A DNA stretch of 42,355 nt from Chiloscyllium plagiosum (Eukaryota). The position numbers were made by a program, and so were the translations under genes. Location: positions 36,157,842-36,200,196 of the forward strand of contig NC_057719.1 of the NCBI RefSeq assembly GCF_004010195.1, read 5' to 3'. Below the pieces are notes generated by a model, which saw only the letters and a list, made by a program, of their open reading frames with translations, ran no database searches and was not told where the DNA came from. This document shows, in pieces, positions 1 to 12,514 of the stretch (positions within the stretch are counted from its first letter, which is position 1; every line of letters begins with the position of its first letter).

Positions 1-404
1 GCAATGAACCTGCACTCCAAGGTCTCTTTGTTCAGCAACACTCCCTAGGACCTTACCATTAAATGTATAAGTCCTGCTAAGATTTGCTTTCCCAAAATGC
101 AGCACCTCGCATTTACCTGAATTAAACTCCATCTGCCACCTCTCAGCCCATTGGCCCATCTGGTCCAGATCCTGTTGTAATCTGAGGTAGCCCTCTTCTC
201 TGTCCACTACACCTCCAATTTTGGTGTCATCTGCAAACTTACTAACTGTACCTCTTATGCGCGCATCCAGATCATTTATGTAAATGACAAAAAGTAGAGG
301 GCCCAGCACCAATCCTTGTGGCACTCCGCTGGTCACAGGCCTCCAGTCTGAAAAACAACCCTCCACCACCAGCCTCTGTCTTCTACCTTTGAGCCAGTTC
401 TGTA
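1..404 (-). mobile_element. CR1 LINE ORF2 reverse transcriptase fragment, runs off the left edge
   Basis: Minus-strand translation WRPVTSGVPQGLVLGPLLFVIYINDLD...SKFADDTKIGG...WAERWQMEFN..KCEVLHFG matches CR1 RT motifs. Confidence 0.95.
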
Positions 405-570
405 TGTGGCACTGGAAAAGCACCGCCAGTCAGGCTGCATCCGAGCAGGAGGAGCGTTGACATTTCAAGCATAAGCTCTTCATCAGGAATGTGGGGAGGC
501 CCAAGGGGGCTGAGAGATAAATGGGAAGGTGGGGGAGGAAAAAGTAAGCATGAAGGTGGAGGTAGTGGAA
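405..570 (-). mobile_element. Penelope-like terminal repeat fragment with hammerhead-like core
   Basis: Same repeat as 5758-5830. Reverse complement of 459-486 is CTGATGA-AGAGC-TTAT-GCTT-GAAA-TGTC. Confidence 0.75.
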
Positions 571-3500
571 GAAAAATTCAATGTCGCTAGATTGCATTCA
601 TATTTAGTGATAAGGTATCATTTACAAAACCCACGTATTTTTATTTTGCCGTGTTTTTAATTGTGAACTGGAATTAGAAGAGAATTGTTTTGAAAACAAG
701 AATTGCTGAAGTGTAGCTGAATGTTATGAAAACGAGTAACCTGACACATTGCAAGCATTGTGTACGGAGCTGCTTGTTTCTGCAGTAGTTGAAGTGTAGT
801 TTGTTGACAAGCTGGAGCCAAAGGGTGTATACAAATGAAGATTTAGATGGAAACTAGCAATTAATAGGTGTATGGATTGGTGATCAATTAACAGTGACAA
901 AGACTTTTGTGTGCTATAACTATGTGATTGGCTCGCACCTAGCATGAACAGCATGGGGCTGTGAATAGAATCTTTAGATCTACACCAGTTCAGGAGCTCC
1001 TGTACACCTTAAGGGTGATATCTTTGAATTTCCTGTTGCACTGTATTGCTGTTGAGAGGATGTTGTAAAGAGGATGTACTCACTGCATCGGGAGCTTTTG
1101 TCTTTTACCGGAGCCACTGTCTCCTGTGTCTTCCTTCTTTAAAATAAAATCTTTCTAACTTTTACTTCAATCAGTGATATTTGCACAGGAATATTTCTGA
1201 ACTTTTCTGCCTGCTAATCATGAAGGCTTCCACTCTCTCAGCCACTGAGGCTCCTGCTTTCTTAAAGTACGGGCACCTTTTTATTTATCTGCATTGTTCT
1301 AGATGTGACTATTTTTCCTCTCACAGTGAGGCAAGGTAACCCAATGAGAAACTTCACGACCAAACACCTTGGGGCATTTAGCAACATAAAAGGAGCTACG
1401 CAAGTGCTTCTACTCTATTATTCATTCGTAATTAGGGCTCAAGAAGGAAAAATAAGTTGTTTAGAGCCACTGAGATGAAATCAAATGTAATCCATTCAAA
1501 AGAAACTTTAGGTCAATAATTTTAATCAAAAGAAAATGCAATAGGCAATGTAATAAAATCAGCCCAAGGATTCCTGCTCACACATCCATGAAGTGTTATT
1601 AAAAACTTGACAGATCACATGGTTTTTGGGAACTTAACAGTTGCTGCATTAAAAAGAAAGCATTTTCAATTTGTACTTTATATTCTTCTTGTTTCATATT
1701 TTAACTTCTTTCTGACAATTCCCTTACAGTTTTATGGAACTTTATTTTGGCTTTATTTATTGACTTTCTTTCCTGGATGAACTTGATAGCACCAGCTACA
1801 AAATCTGTATTGATGACTTAGACGTGGGGATGCTCTTCCAGCAGCCAGTAATTTCTGGTACGTGTTCTTCCTGTTCTGCTGCTGTGCCTGAGTGTACTTA
1901 CCAGGTCAACTTAACTTTAGGTTGTGTGCCTAACTTCACTAAAATGTTCTTTGAAGTGTATTCCTGGCCTTATATGTGAACCTGATATTGTTGCTCTAGT
2001 CCATTACTTTTCATGTTTCATGGATCTCTGCAGTTGGCATTTTGACATTCCAAGATCCTCCTGTGGTCTCTGATTTAAGCAATACATTGGGCACTGGCTT
2101 TGGAAAATATTTTTGTGTGTTACCCAACAGCAAGTTTAGCAGGCTGTCTTCTGATTTTATTCTGTGTAATATAAGCGAAGGCTTTTACCTTTGTCTATGC
2201 AGCACTAGAAATCACTTTGTAATTTGTTTGCCTGGCCTCCTTTATGCATCCACTTGAATTGACAATTGTGAGTTTATGGACCTTATTTTAACTCTGTGTA
2301 AGTAAGGACGTTTTTGTCTGTGCCAACTGACTATAATATAACAGCGCAAGCATGAATTGGGCCTGACTCATTCAAGTCAAACACACAATGTAACCGGCCT
2401 ATGTTGAAGAGCAAGCCTGCAAAAAGTATTGAAAATGCAGGTCATAGGTCTCCGAGAATATGCAAGCAAAAACCATTAAGGACATGTCCCAGTCCTGCAA
2501 GCTTATTTGTGATGTTAAAACAACATGTGACACCAAGGGATGAATGAACTTGAAGTAAAATGAAGAAAACAGATGAAAAGCAAATGTTTACCGTGAAGTG
2601 CGAATTTTTAACTTGTTGACAATGGATGATAAAAATGTTGTTTTATTGGAGCAAATGGAACACAGACAATTTTTTCTCCTGTACTTTGGGTTGGGGTTGT
2701 GTCCTGGATCAGGATGATGGCATGACCTCTGAAATACGTTCAAAGAATGACGATCTAATCAAAGTGACCACAAGAAAGGTAGAATGAAGCAGGGGAGTAG
2801 TGGGATGGTGGTTGGGAGGTGGAAATGTTGGCTGCAATTTACATTTCTTTCCAATCCACACTGCACCTGAACTGGTATAGGATGCCATTTTACAGTCTCC
2901 TGTGGGGATTTGAGACTGACCATTCACATCACAACATAGAAAATTCCACTTTAACCATGCGATGTCTGATGGGGTCAGCAGTAGAAATTCTTGGCAGACA
3001 CAGTTCTGGCCTAATAAGTGTGCTCACAGATTTTCTGAGGCTATGTTTTCAAAGTTATAGTGCTACAGTTAGAGAATGTGAAGGGGATGGGTTTCTATTT
3101 ATAATTCTGTCCAAAATGGGATAGTAGTGGAGAAGGGAAGGAAATTCCTATGCTATGGAAAGCAATGAGCAAACACCAACGGTTTATAACTGTGCAATGA
3201 GCCTCTAGGAAGCAGGAAATCCAGCAGATATTGTCATCTATCAAGATGATCTTGATCTGGGAAATGGGGCAGGATGTTGGTGGACATCTGGCAGATGGAG
3301 TGTAAGTGAGGTCCAGACATTAAAGTATCTTAGGCATGAAACTGATGGCATTAGGCAGATTGTACACTCACTGTACCTCCAAGTTAAATTCTCCTACTTT
3401 ATCATATTGCCTATTTTTGGGTAATCATCCACATAGTATTCTCATGTTTACATTTTGGCTGAATCATTCCAACAGTTTAAGGAATCCCACCTCAATCTAA

Positions 3501-5232
3501 TATTAATACACTTCCGAAGTGGATTTTGTTATAATTGTGAGATTTGTTAATGATCTGATTGTGGTTTTGATGTTTCAGATTCTTTTCATGCCCCAAAGAA
3601 TATTTCACTTCCCCAGATTTTGAAATATTTTAATGTGTAGCATGGTCAGGGATTGAGAAAAATTACTCTATTTACCTTCCTTATTCCTGGAATATGGTAG
3701 AATAATACCATGGTAGATTTGATTTGCATATCAATTTATTAATATGCAAAGTTAAGGAACAAGGAAATAACAGCATGGCTGACAAACTTACCTAGCCCCA
3801 CTAGTAACTAGGAAGAATAAAAGACTCACAGCTGCTACAATGTTTTAAACAATATTTTTATCTTTTTCTCATCATCTATGAAGCCTGGTTAGACCTTGCA
3901 AAGACTTCAGGCAAAACATCCGACATTAAAAAAAGTTTGCCAAATGCCTTAAAAATAGTACTTGGGAATAAACAGATTTAAATCAACTGGGGAGCAATCT
4001 GACAATTATTGGAAAAGGCATTGCTGAGGGCATGGCCAGCAATGGAGTTGAAAACATTGCAAATGATGATATTTTCATACTTAACTCTCCTTATATCTCA
4101 CTTCTCCTTCATCTGACACAACTTCATTGTTTACAAGTTGCAAATGATGTTAACTTGTATCCATTATTTGCCTCTCATCCCCACACCCTAATTGTACCCT
4201 TATTTCTTTTTTTCTTCTTTCCCAGAAAGTACAACCTGGCCAGATAGTGCAGGAACACAAAAACAGGATGAAAATTGATAGCAGATAGCCCAGTAGCTGC
4301 CCTTTGGTTTGTTGTGCTGGCTCCAGGGCAGCTGGAATGATAGCCTGCTGAATAATGAAGGTATCCTCATTGCTGTTATGGATCTTTTTAAATTAGGTTA
4401 CGATGCAAGATGTTTCATAAATTGCATTGCATTTATTTACTTATCCACAGAAATCTGATGAGGGAAGGTGAGATCCTATCCAGACCAGAAGGGTAAGCTG
4501 AGTGATTCTGACAGGGGGGGACCTTTTTTCCTCTTAGCGCACAAACTGTGCTGTAAAAGCATTTTTTTTTCCTTTATGTGTCTGGAAGTGCTATCACACA
4601 CAACCAAATGGCTTTCTTCACCACTTAATCACCCTTGGGAATGTTCACCTATTAAACCAGCTCCATTAAGTCACCCATGTTTCCAAACGTTCAATTTACA
4701 TGAAGACATTTGGAGACCAGTCCCTCTCTCTATCTCTTCCTTTGGTGATCTGTATTGCCCTTCATGGGATTTGCATGTAAATTAACCAGTCAGAAAATTG
4801 CTGGAGGTGGTTAATAGGTGGAAAAAATAGCACGGCCATTTGGTGATGGGAAAAAAGTCATATTCAGTTATGTATAAGAGCATATCTGGCTAGTTAAAAA
4901 AGAAATTAAAAAGTGACATGCTTTATTTTTTTAATTAACTTGTTTAGATACGCTTTTGCACGTCCCTGGAATAGATGGGACTTGAACCTCAGCCTTCTGG
5001 GTGAGAGGCAGGGACACTACCCTAAGACACTTGCTTCTAAAGGTGTCCTTAACTTAGCTCAGCTCCAGGTTTCATGTGGCCTAGGGCACCTGGTCAACCA
5101 GCCTGCCAATGTCTTTAAAAAATATTTAAGTGATCCATCCATCTCCTGAGTACTCTTTCTCCTGTCCTGTCTTCATCAAAACCTGAGGTATGTGGGTTGG
5201 AACAGGGTTTACAGCTATTATATGTTCAAGAT

Positions 5233-5360
5233 TGTGTTGCTGGGAAAGCACAGCAGGTCAGGCAGCATCCGAGGAGCAGGATTCTTCCTGACCTGCTGTG
5301 CTTTCCTAGCAACACATTCTCGACTCTGATCTCCACCATCTGCAGTCCTCACTTTCTCCT
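5233..5360. mobile_element. Palindromic PLE terminal-repeat derivative with deleted centre
   Basis: TGTGTTGCTGGGAAAGCACAGCAGGTCAGG ... CCTGACCTGCTGTGCTTTCCTAGCAACACA inverted arms (5233-5316) plus tail shared with 16184-16319 and 34386-34608. Confidence 0.8.
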
Positions 5361-5430
5361 AACTATTTTATATTCCATGATGGTCTGTTCTCATCGACTG
5401 GATTCTGGATTAGTGGTGCTGGAAGAGCAC

Positions 5431-5757
5431 GGTGGCACAGTGGTGGGCGGCATGGTGGCACAGTGGTTAGCACTGCTGCCTCACAGCGCCAGAGACCCGG
5501 GTTCAATTCCCGCCTCAGGCGACTGACTGTGTGGAGTTTGCACATTCTCCCCGTGTCTGCGTGGGTTTCCTCCGGGTGCTCCGGTTTCCTCCCACAGTCC
5601 AAAGATGTGCAGGGTCAGGTGAATTGGCCATACTAAATTGCCCATAGTGTTAGGTAAGGGGTAAATGTAGGGGTATGGGTGGGTTTCGCTTCGGCGGGTC
5701 GGTGTGGACTTGTTGGGCCGAAGGGTCTGTTTCCACACTGTAATCTAATCTAATCTA
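5431..5757 (+). mobile_element. HE1-type tRNA-derived SINE, full length
   Basis: A box TGGCACAGTGGTTAG, B box GGGTTCAATTCCC (~5499-5511), central GTGTGGAGTTTGCACATTCTCCCCGTG domain, CR1-like 3' end and (TAATC)n tail. Confidence 0.9.
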
Positions 5758-5798
5758 AAAAGCACAGCAGTTCAGGCAGCATCCAAGGAGCAGCGAAA

Positions 5799-5831
5799 TC
5801 GACGTTTCGGGCATAAGCCCTTCATCAGGAA
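5799..5831 (-). ncRNA. Minimal type I hammerhead ribozyme motif, intact core
   Basis: Reverse complement TTC-CTGATGA-A-GGGC-TTAT-GCCC-GAAA-C-GTC-GA: both core boxes, 4-bp helix II, GUC triplet; helix I short. Confidence 0.75.
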
Positions 5832-5922
5832 TAAAGGCAGAGAGCCTGAAGCGTGGAGAGATAAGCTAGAGGCATCAGGAGTAAAGGCAGAGAGCCTGAA
5901 GCGTGGAGAGATAAGCTAGAGG
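5823..5922 (+). repeat. 50-bp tandem duplication
   Basis: CATCAGGA(A/G)TAAAGGCAGAGAGCCTGAAGCGTGGAGAGATAAGCTAGAGG at 5823-5872 and 5873-5922. Confidence 0.95.
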
Positions 5923-5944
5923 AGGGGGGGGGTGGGGAGAAAGT

Positions 5945-6750
5945 ACTACAAGATCGAGTGAGCAATTGGTACCCAATCTGATTGTCAGGGACCAGCTCTG
6001 ATTTCCAGAATTCTCAACAGCAAGCTTGTTTGCAGGATAGGAAAATGAATATTAACAAGCTGAGTTGTGGTGTTTGTATGGACAATTATTTGCTTTCTTG
6101 ACATTGAACATAGCAAGAAAAAATGCATCAACCAGATTTTGTTCATAAACATATAATTATCGATTTATTCCAAAACAAAATGCATTTTCTGACATGGCCT
6201 TTTGGTTGAATAAATGTGTAGGCAGCTGGCACATTCTAGAGGTATTAGATCAACACCTTGGTGTGATGTTCTGGAGTGACAAGCACAACAAGCAGATTGA
6301 CTATCTGTACGTGCAACAAAAGCACATCAATAGGTCATTACTGTTAGGGTTCAGCTCAGGTATGAAGCACCTACAATTATAGCAATTATAGCAATTATAG
6401 CATAGCAAGCCAAGATGAGACAATGCATGGATATTGTGAGCAGGCAAGGAGTGAGCACTACAAGATCGAGTGAGCAATTGGTACCCAATCTGATTGTCAG
6501 GGACCAGCTCTGATTTCCAGAATTCTCAACAGCAAGCTTGTTTGCAGGATAGGAAAATGAATATTAACAAGCTGAGTTGTGGTGTTTGTATGGACAATTA
6601 TTTGCTTTCTTGACATTGAACATAGCAAGAAAAAATGCATCAACCAGATTTTGTTCATAAACATATAATTATCGATTTATTCCAAAACAAAATGCATTTT
6701 CTGACATGGCCTTTTGGTTGAATTAATGTGTAGGCAGCTGGCACATTCTA
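5945..6750 (+). repeat. 294-bp direct repeat (5945-6238 and 6457-6750) with 218-bp spacer
   Basis: Copies offset by 512 bp; only one mismatch seen (GAATAAATG vs GAATTAATG). Confidence 0.95.
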
Positions 6751-8373
6751 TAGGTGTAGAAATGGTTGACACACACAATTTTTAATATGGAAAGATAAAT
6801 GATCACACCTTTAAATTACTCAAAATGCACACAAAAACACACTCAGACATAAATACACTTGAGGTTAAGAGAAAATTGATATTTCTCTTCATGGTTTCAA
6901 AAGAAAATGCTTTCTGGCTAAACATGGATTATTCTTGACGGCTATAAAGATAAAGTGTGGGATGTTCCAAAGACTGTCAACCTTAGTCCTACACATGTTA
7001 TCAAGGCACTAATCATGCTTGGTTATCTCTGGGATCTTGGCAGGCATGGCTTGCTAAGGAAATACAATATTGTGAAGTTCTTTCAGTCACGTTTTTGTAG
7101 AAGAAGGACAAGGTTTCACACTGAATTCACCTCAAAGGTGATTCAAAAAGGGAAGCCCAAATTGGACAGCTTGTTCTTAGCAAGCTTTCGCCAACTAAGC
7201 CTAAAATAGAAATTTGAAACCTGCAAACACTGTTTGAATAAAATAGCTATAAAATCCAGTCATAAAAAAAAGAAATGATTTCATGAAGTGAGTTCAAGCA
7301 ACCAAAACAAGCAATTAACAGTATAGTTCCAACATCTTTTCATTGACCTTTTAAGAAAAGTCAGGCTTCTTTAAAATCAAGTCTTCAAAGAAATATTAAA
7401 TATGAATTGACTTTGTAAAAATATTGTGCTAAATTTTAAACAAAAATGAAGGTTTAACCTGCTTCACTATATTCTAAATCTAAACTGCACTGTTGGGCTA
7501 CTGACAAATCTGGCATCTTCTTCGAAGAGGCTGAGGTAGCATCAAAGGCAAAGTTGTTGCCAGGGAATAGTTGTGGGTTTTGGGTAGTTGGCCAAGGTAG
7601 AGGCCTAAGAGTTGGTTATATCCACAAGCAATTGCACATCAAGGACAAAAAGAGTCTCGGTCAAGTTCTAATTTTCAGCATTCTGGATGATTTTTTTGTG
7701 ATTGTTTAATGTGCGCTCTTTCATGGAGAATATATTGTTTGTTGGATTAATGAATAAATAACAAATACTGGTGAAAAATATATGCTTTTTGAGCAAAGCA
7801 TAGTATTGCGTTAAGAGGTTACATGCGATTTGCATTTTTTGATTTTATTTTGTTCTTTCTCATACAAGAAATATTAACTGGCAGTTCAGAATCAATGCAG
7901 GGTGTAGCTTTTATTGTAATTTGATATGGAATATTCTGAATTAATCTGAACAATTAGTTCTTCATAAATCCTTGAACATAAACATTTGTAATAATAATGT
8001 TATCAAACAAAATGTGATAATTTCAAAACATATTTTATTACCACTGGCTGTTCTCCTATCCGCTGTTTAAATTTCTGGAATGAGACTTGGGCTGAATTTT
8101 CCTAATTTGATGCAAGGTGAGATCCATAGCTCCTGGTCTACTATAGCTCAGAACAACTTTTCTCATGTAGTCTTCAGTCTCCCTCACCTCGTTAGTTATG
8201 TAATCAGGCTCTATGTTGCCCTTCCCATGGTACATGGAGCAATAGAGGGAGAGGTGCTCAGCCCTGTCAGGGTCTTTCAGCCTTCATGCTATATCTGGTG
8301 CTATATTTAAAACCCAGCTTCTCATCACTTCAGAGGCTGCAGACTGTGTTGCTCAAACATTATAATTGAAGAC

Positions 8374-9260
8374 ATGGCCAGGAAGGGAAGTTGACACTCT
8401 GTTTCACTGACTGGGTCTTGAGGCACTGGTGGGAGGAAGCAGTGCGTTATTCTGTTGACCACCAAAGGAGGCCACTAGACTCAGCCAGTATTGGCCTGAG
8501 ATAACAGTCCAGGTCAGTATGATGCCTTGGTTAAAAAGGAACACACAATGTTGCAGTAAGTCAATGATCTTCTCCACTCTACAATTGCCACCATCTTCTC
8601 TCTGCTACTGTACGCTAACAAGGCCATTATTCATTGTAATGGTGATGCTACACAGACATCTCAACAAGGCTCATGGGCTAGAAGTTTCACTACTGAGTGC
8701 TGAATGGCTCTCACCTGCCATATCCTCCCAAACTGCTAACCTTGCCTGCCCTCTGTGGTTCTTACTGAGTCACTGAGGACATCTCAGCACCTCACTTGTT
8801 CCTGTATCATCATTGATGGCCCTTCCATCCACAGCCATCATATTCAATCCCTCCCTTTGTCTCATTGCAAGGAAAATTGGCACACAACCAGACCAAATGT
8901 GCCAGGACTGGTGACATTGGCTGCAGACATCAGGCTCCACAATCCATATGAGGGGTACATTCTTGAATTAGCTGGAGAAAACACGACTGCTCATATGGGA
9001 ATGGGGAGGTTCACTGCGCAGGGCTGCACAGCTCTCCCATTAACACAAGGCTAACTTAACCTTACTCTGCACAATTTTTATCCCTGTTAGACAACTATTT
9101 CCTTCCCTTCTGCAGGTTCTAGTGGCATCCTCTGTTAAAAAGAGATCAGTGCTGAAGATCCTCAGCAGCACCACCACATCTGAGGAGGAAGGGACTCTAC
9201 CCTCAGAAGATTCACTGTCAAGACTTTCAGCTTGCACCCTCCACCAGCTCACTTTGGTAG
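8374..9260 (+). pseudogene. Frameshifted Harbinger-type Myb/SANT DNA-binding protein gene (NAIF1/MSANTD-like)
   Basis: Pieces MARKG...PEITVQVSMMPWLKRNTQCCSK.VNDLL (8374-8580) and KLAHNQTKCARTG..ADIRLHNPYEGYILELAGE (8874-8980), then an acidic S/T-rich piece after TTCTGCAG at ~9115. Confidence 0.65.
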
Positions 9261-10058
9261 GTTTCTCTTTCTAGATTAGACCCACAATCTGGTGAGCACA
9301 TCACTGGCACAGCTCTACAGCTGCTGAGGAAGAAACAACCTGCGCCTCTGACACTCAGAGGATTGCGGAGACCAGGCACCTTCTCAGCCCCAGGCAGAAG
9401 ACTATGCCATGGTCTCAGCTCTTACTGATACAGTCAAACTGCCAAAACTGGCAAAGAACAGCAAACAGGTTTGTCAGAGACAGTCAGTAAGTTGAATCAT
9501 CACTGCCATGAGTACAGTGCTGGCTCCAGTTCTCATGTGTTTGGCTTCTCCTCAGAGGGATTGGTGACTGTCATGGAAAGCCAGGTCACTGTCTGCTATA
9601 CGCATGGACCTGCTCTTCATTGCTGCAACAATGAATGCTAGTGTCAATGGCAAGCTGAGAGGAACATGAGGGATCTTGACTTAACTCCAAGTAGCCATTC
9701 CTCTCAGAGTCACAGGATCCTATAGCAAGGAAGATTGGATCCTAGAAAATTCTGCTCCAGACACTCTGGAGATATCTTGCCCCTCCATGATCTCCCTGCC
9801 ACTGATACCAGAGCACACAGAAGTTCCAGTGGAGTAGGGTGAGCCTGTATATGGGCAGGACAGCCTCAGTATGCTTGGGCCCTCGAGGTCCAAATGTCCC
9901 CAGTTACAACTAATCAACAGGGCCAAATACAGAGCAGGAACCCTTCATGCCAGCTGCTTCCCCCATTTAAATGTGTTTGGAGGGTGAGGATGAAGAAAAG
10001 TTACTGGGAGCATATTGGTCACACAGGTGATACATAACTATAAATAATCTTGCACTTT

Positions 10059-10060
<2 letters not shown>

Positions 10061-10090
<30 letters not shown>
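10061..10090. repeat. (TA)15 microsatellite
   Basis: Direct reading. Confidence 0.98.
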
Positions 10091-10094
<4 letters not shown>

Positions 10095-11526
10095 CACTTG
10101 CATTCTTAATATGTCCACTGTAATGTCTTTGTGACTGTCTGACTTGGTTCAGTCATACCCATGTGAGAGGTGAGCAGCTTCTTCAGACATCTCAAAGATG
10201 AAACAGTTAGGGTTAGGGTTAGCATTGCTCATCTCTCACAAGCACTGACTCCTTGGGTACAGGGAGCCTTGGGTGTTGGGTATTCTTAAACTGTGACTTT
10301 GAGGAATGCAGCCAGGCCACTTAATTGCACACAACACTGATATAAAATGTAGTGTTTAGGCTTTGTGCTAAAACCTGGCATTCATCCTTCCACATTTACA
10401 TGCACTCTATGAGTGAGAGAATGGAATCACTGATTTCAATCCATGTCACGTGTGTGGGTAGGTAATGTCTGGGAAATGGTAGAAAGAGGACACCTTTTTA
10501 GTAACAGCTCTCCTGAGCCCTCAGGTCAATCATAATGAAGCCTTGTATTATACTCAGGCACTTTGTGCCATATAGGTCAATATCAATACCTCAGAGATAT
10601 GTAACCTTATCCAAATATGCGTTGCACAACAAAGTGATTACGCTTTATGAGGGGAGTGAAATTCTGACAGTCAGCCGCCCATAGTAATACAACCTGCACT
10701 CCACCCGAAGGTAATGTCAAAGACCATGCTCTTGCATTCTTACATACTTCAGTGTGCAAATGTGCATGCTGGGAAGCTTCATTTCCAGTGATAGCTGCAG
10801 AATGTGTTTCACAGATGCCTAGCCCAAATAATTCTTTGTAAGTGACACATAAATGAGATGAATTGGGAGTTTAATGAGTTGTCAATCAATGAAAATAAGA
10901 TTGTCACTGCTCAAACGTAAGGGGAAATTAGGGAAATTATTTCCTCTGTATTTAGCTTCTTAATTTTTCCATTCTTTACATATTTTCCCACCTTTCTTAC
11001 AATTGACACACCATTCAGGGTTGTGGGGTAACATTTCATCTTGAACATACCATCTTCTAACTCAGCGGTAAGAGACTTAGATTTGTACCATCACTGTCAC
11101 CAGGACACATGCTCACTAAGTAAAATATTTACTTCTGGGTATGTGCTAACTCTCCATATCATGGCACAGTTAAATGTCTACAGCCTACATAGATCTTCAA
11201 TGTTTTCTGATTTGTGGATGAGGGGCTTTGAATTTACTCACCACAAATAGTTGAAGGACATCTGGAATTTTATAGATGTTATTCCATGCGATTCCAACTT
11301 GCACAAATAAGAAGCTGCTGTTCTGAAAGCACTACGTTTGGCAAGGATTGGAATATTATAGGCTATGCTCTTTGGAGATCATCTAATGTTTATATTTTGA
11401 ATAGAAAACCATAAAAAAATGAGGACTCTGGAATAAAAGTTTAACATTAATAATAGCTCTGACAATTTATAAATGTGAATATATATAAAATAACTTTATA
11501 CCATTCTAGTGAAAACACAAACAGAT

Positions 11527-11648
11527 GGTTAGGAATTGGGCGATAGGTTTAGACAGTGGATTTGGATCGGCTCAAGCTTGGAGGGCCGAAGGGCCTGTTC
11601 CTGGGTTGTAAATTTTCTTTGTTCTTTTCTCCTTTGTTCTTTGTTCTA
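11527..11648 (+). mobile_element. CR1-family 3' end fragment
   Basis: GAGGGCCGAAGGGCCTGTTCC stem motif followed by (TTTGTTC)n tail. Confidence 0.7.
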
Positions 11649-12514
11649 AGCACATTTAGTTGTCTATATAAAATCAGTTTCAGCATATATTGTGCGCTGA
11701 CCAGAACGAAACACCAGTTATTTTGGCCGAGAGCAAGCTCAGGCGATTTTACTGAGAGCTGCTCATGTTAAACTGGGTTCAACTGTCTGATGCCCAAGAG
11801 ACTCAAAGTTCAGTCAATTTACAAAAGTTTACTTTGAAGTCTGAGCTTACTTCATTCTACTAAGTGTGCAAAAATATTTGCCAAACTGACATATGCAGTT
11901 GTCAATTAAAATGCTGTGTTCAACTACTCGCTAACTGTTATAGCGGTCTGCATTGAAATTTAACTGAGGTGCTGTCTGAGTTCCAAGTATTATAATACAA
12001 TTAGAATGACAAAGATGTTATAAATATCTCAGGCAGCAGTTGATTTTGAATGTCAGTTCTCTTACTGGGTTCATCTGCTTGCCAAACTACTTCACAGACT
12101 GTCGTATTCTTCTTACTTTGCCTCAATATAATTTTTACTTGGCATACGACAAGCACATTTTTGTTAAAATAATGCAACTTAATAAATGTTTCATGTACTT
12201 TAATGGCAAATCACTGCACAAAGATAAGTTTTGTTTGACTTATGTTTGGCTATTTCAAGGGGACAGTCAATGCAAATGCTGGTACCTTCATATTCCCATT
12301 AACTGGTATTATTTTCAGTTATCAAAAAGTTAGATGTACTTAAATAAGATCAGATATATAGAACTCCAATGTGTCATTTTGAAAGCTAAAGGATTCTGAA
12401 TAAATAACCTGCTGTTTTACGTTTTTCTGTTTTTAAATATAAATCTGATATTAGTTTTCAGATCTCAATAAAGAGCCGGTTTTCATCAATTCTCGAAAAT
12501 GTTTCTTTCCATTT

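Larger units (their letters stand above)
5397..5944 (-). mobile_element. PLE terminal repeat interrupted by an HE1 SINE
   Basis: GTGGTGCTGGAAGAGCAC before the SINE resumes as AGCACAGCAGTTCAGGCAGCATCC after it. Confidence 0.75.
8089..10944 (+). mobile_element. Decayed PIF/Harbinger-like DNA transposon, boundaries tentative
   Basis: Contains Myb/SANT relic. Left end GGGCTGAATTTTCCTAATTT (8089-8108) matches 10925-10944 as an imperfect inverted repeat (15/20). Confidence 0.45.

Noticed and set aside
5445..5515. tRNA gene
   Set aside because: The A/B boxes belong to the HE1 SINE head
5823..6750. CRISPR-like array or LTR pair
   Set aside because: Eukaryotic context, only two copies of each unit, no TG..CA ends, primer-binding site or TSD seen
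10206..10222. Interstitial telomeric repeat
   Set aside because: Fewer than three full TTAGGG units; too short to be meaningful
10100..10800. Harbinger transposase on the minus strand
   Set aside because: No convincing catalytic motifs could be read
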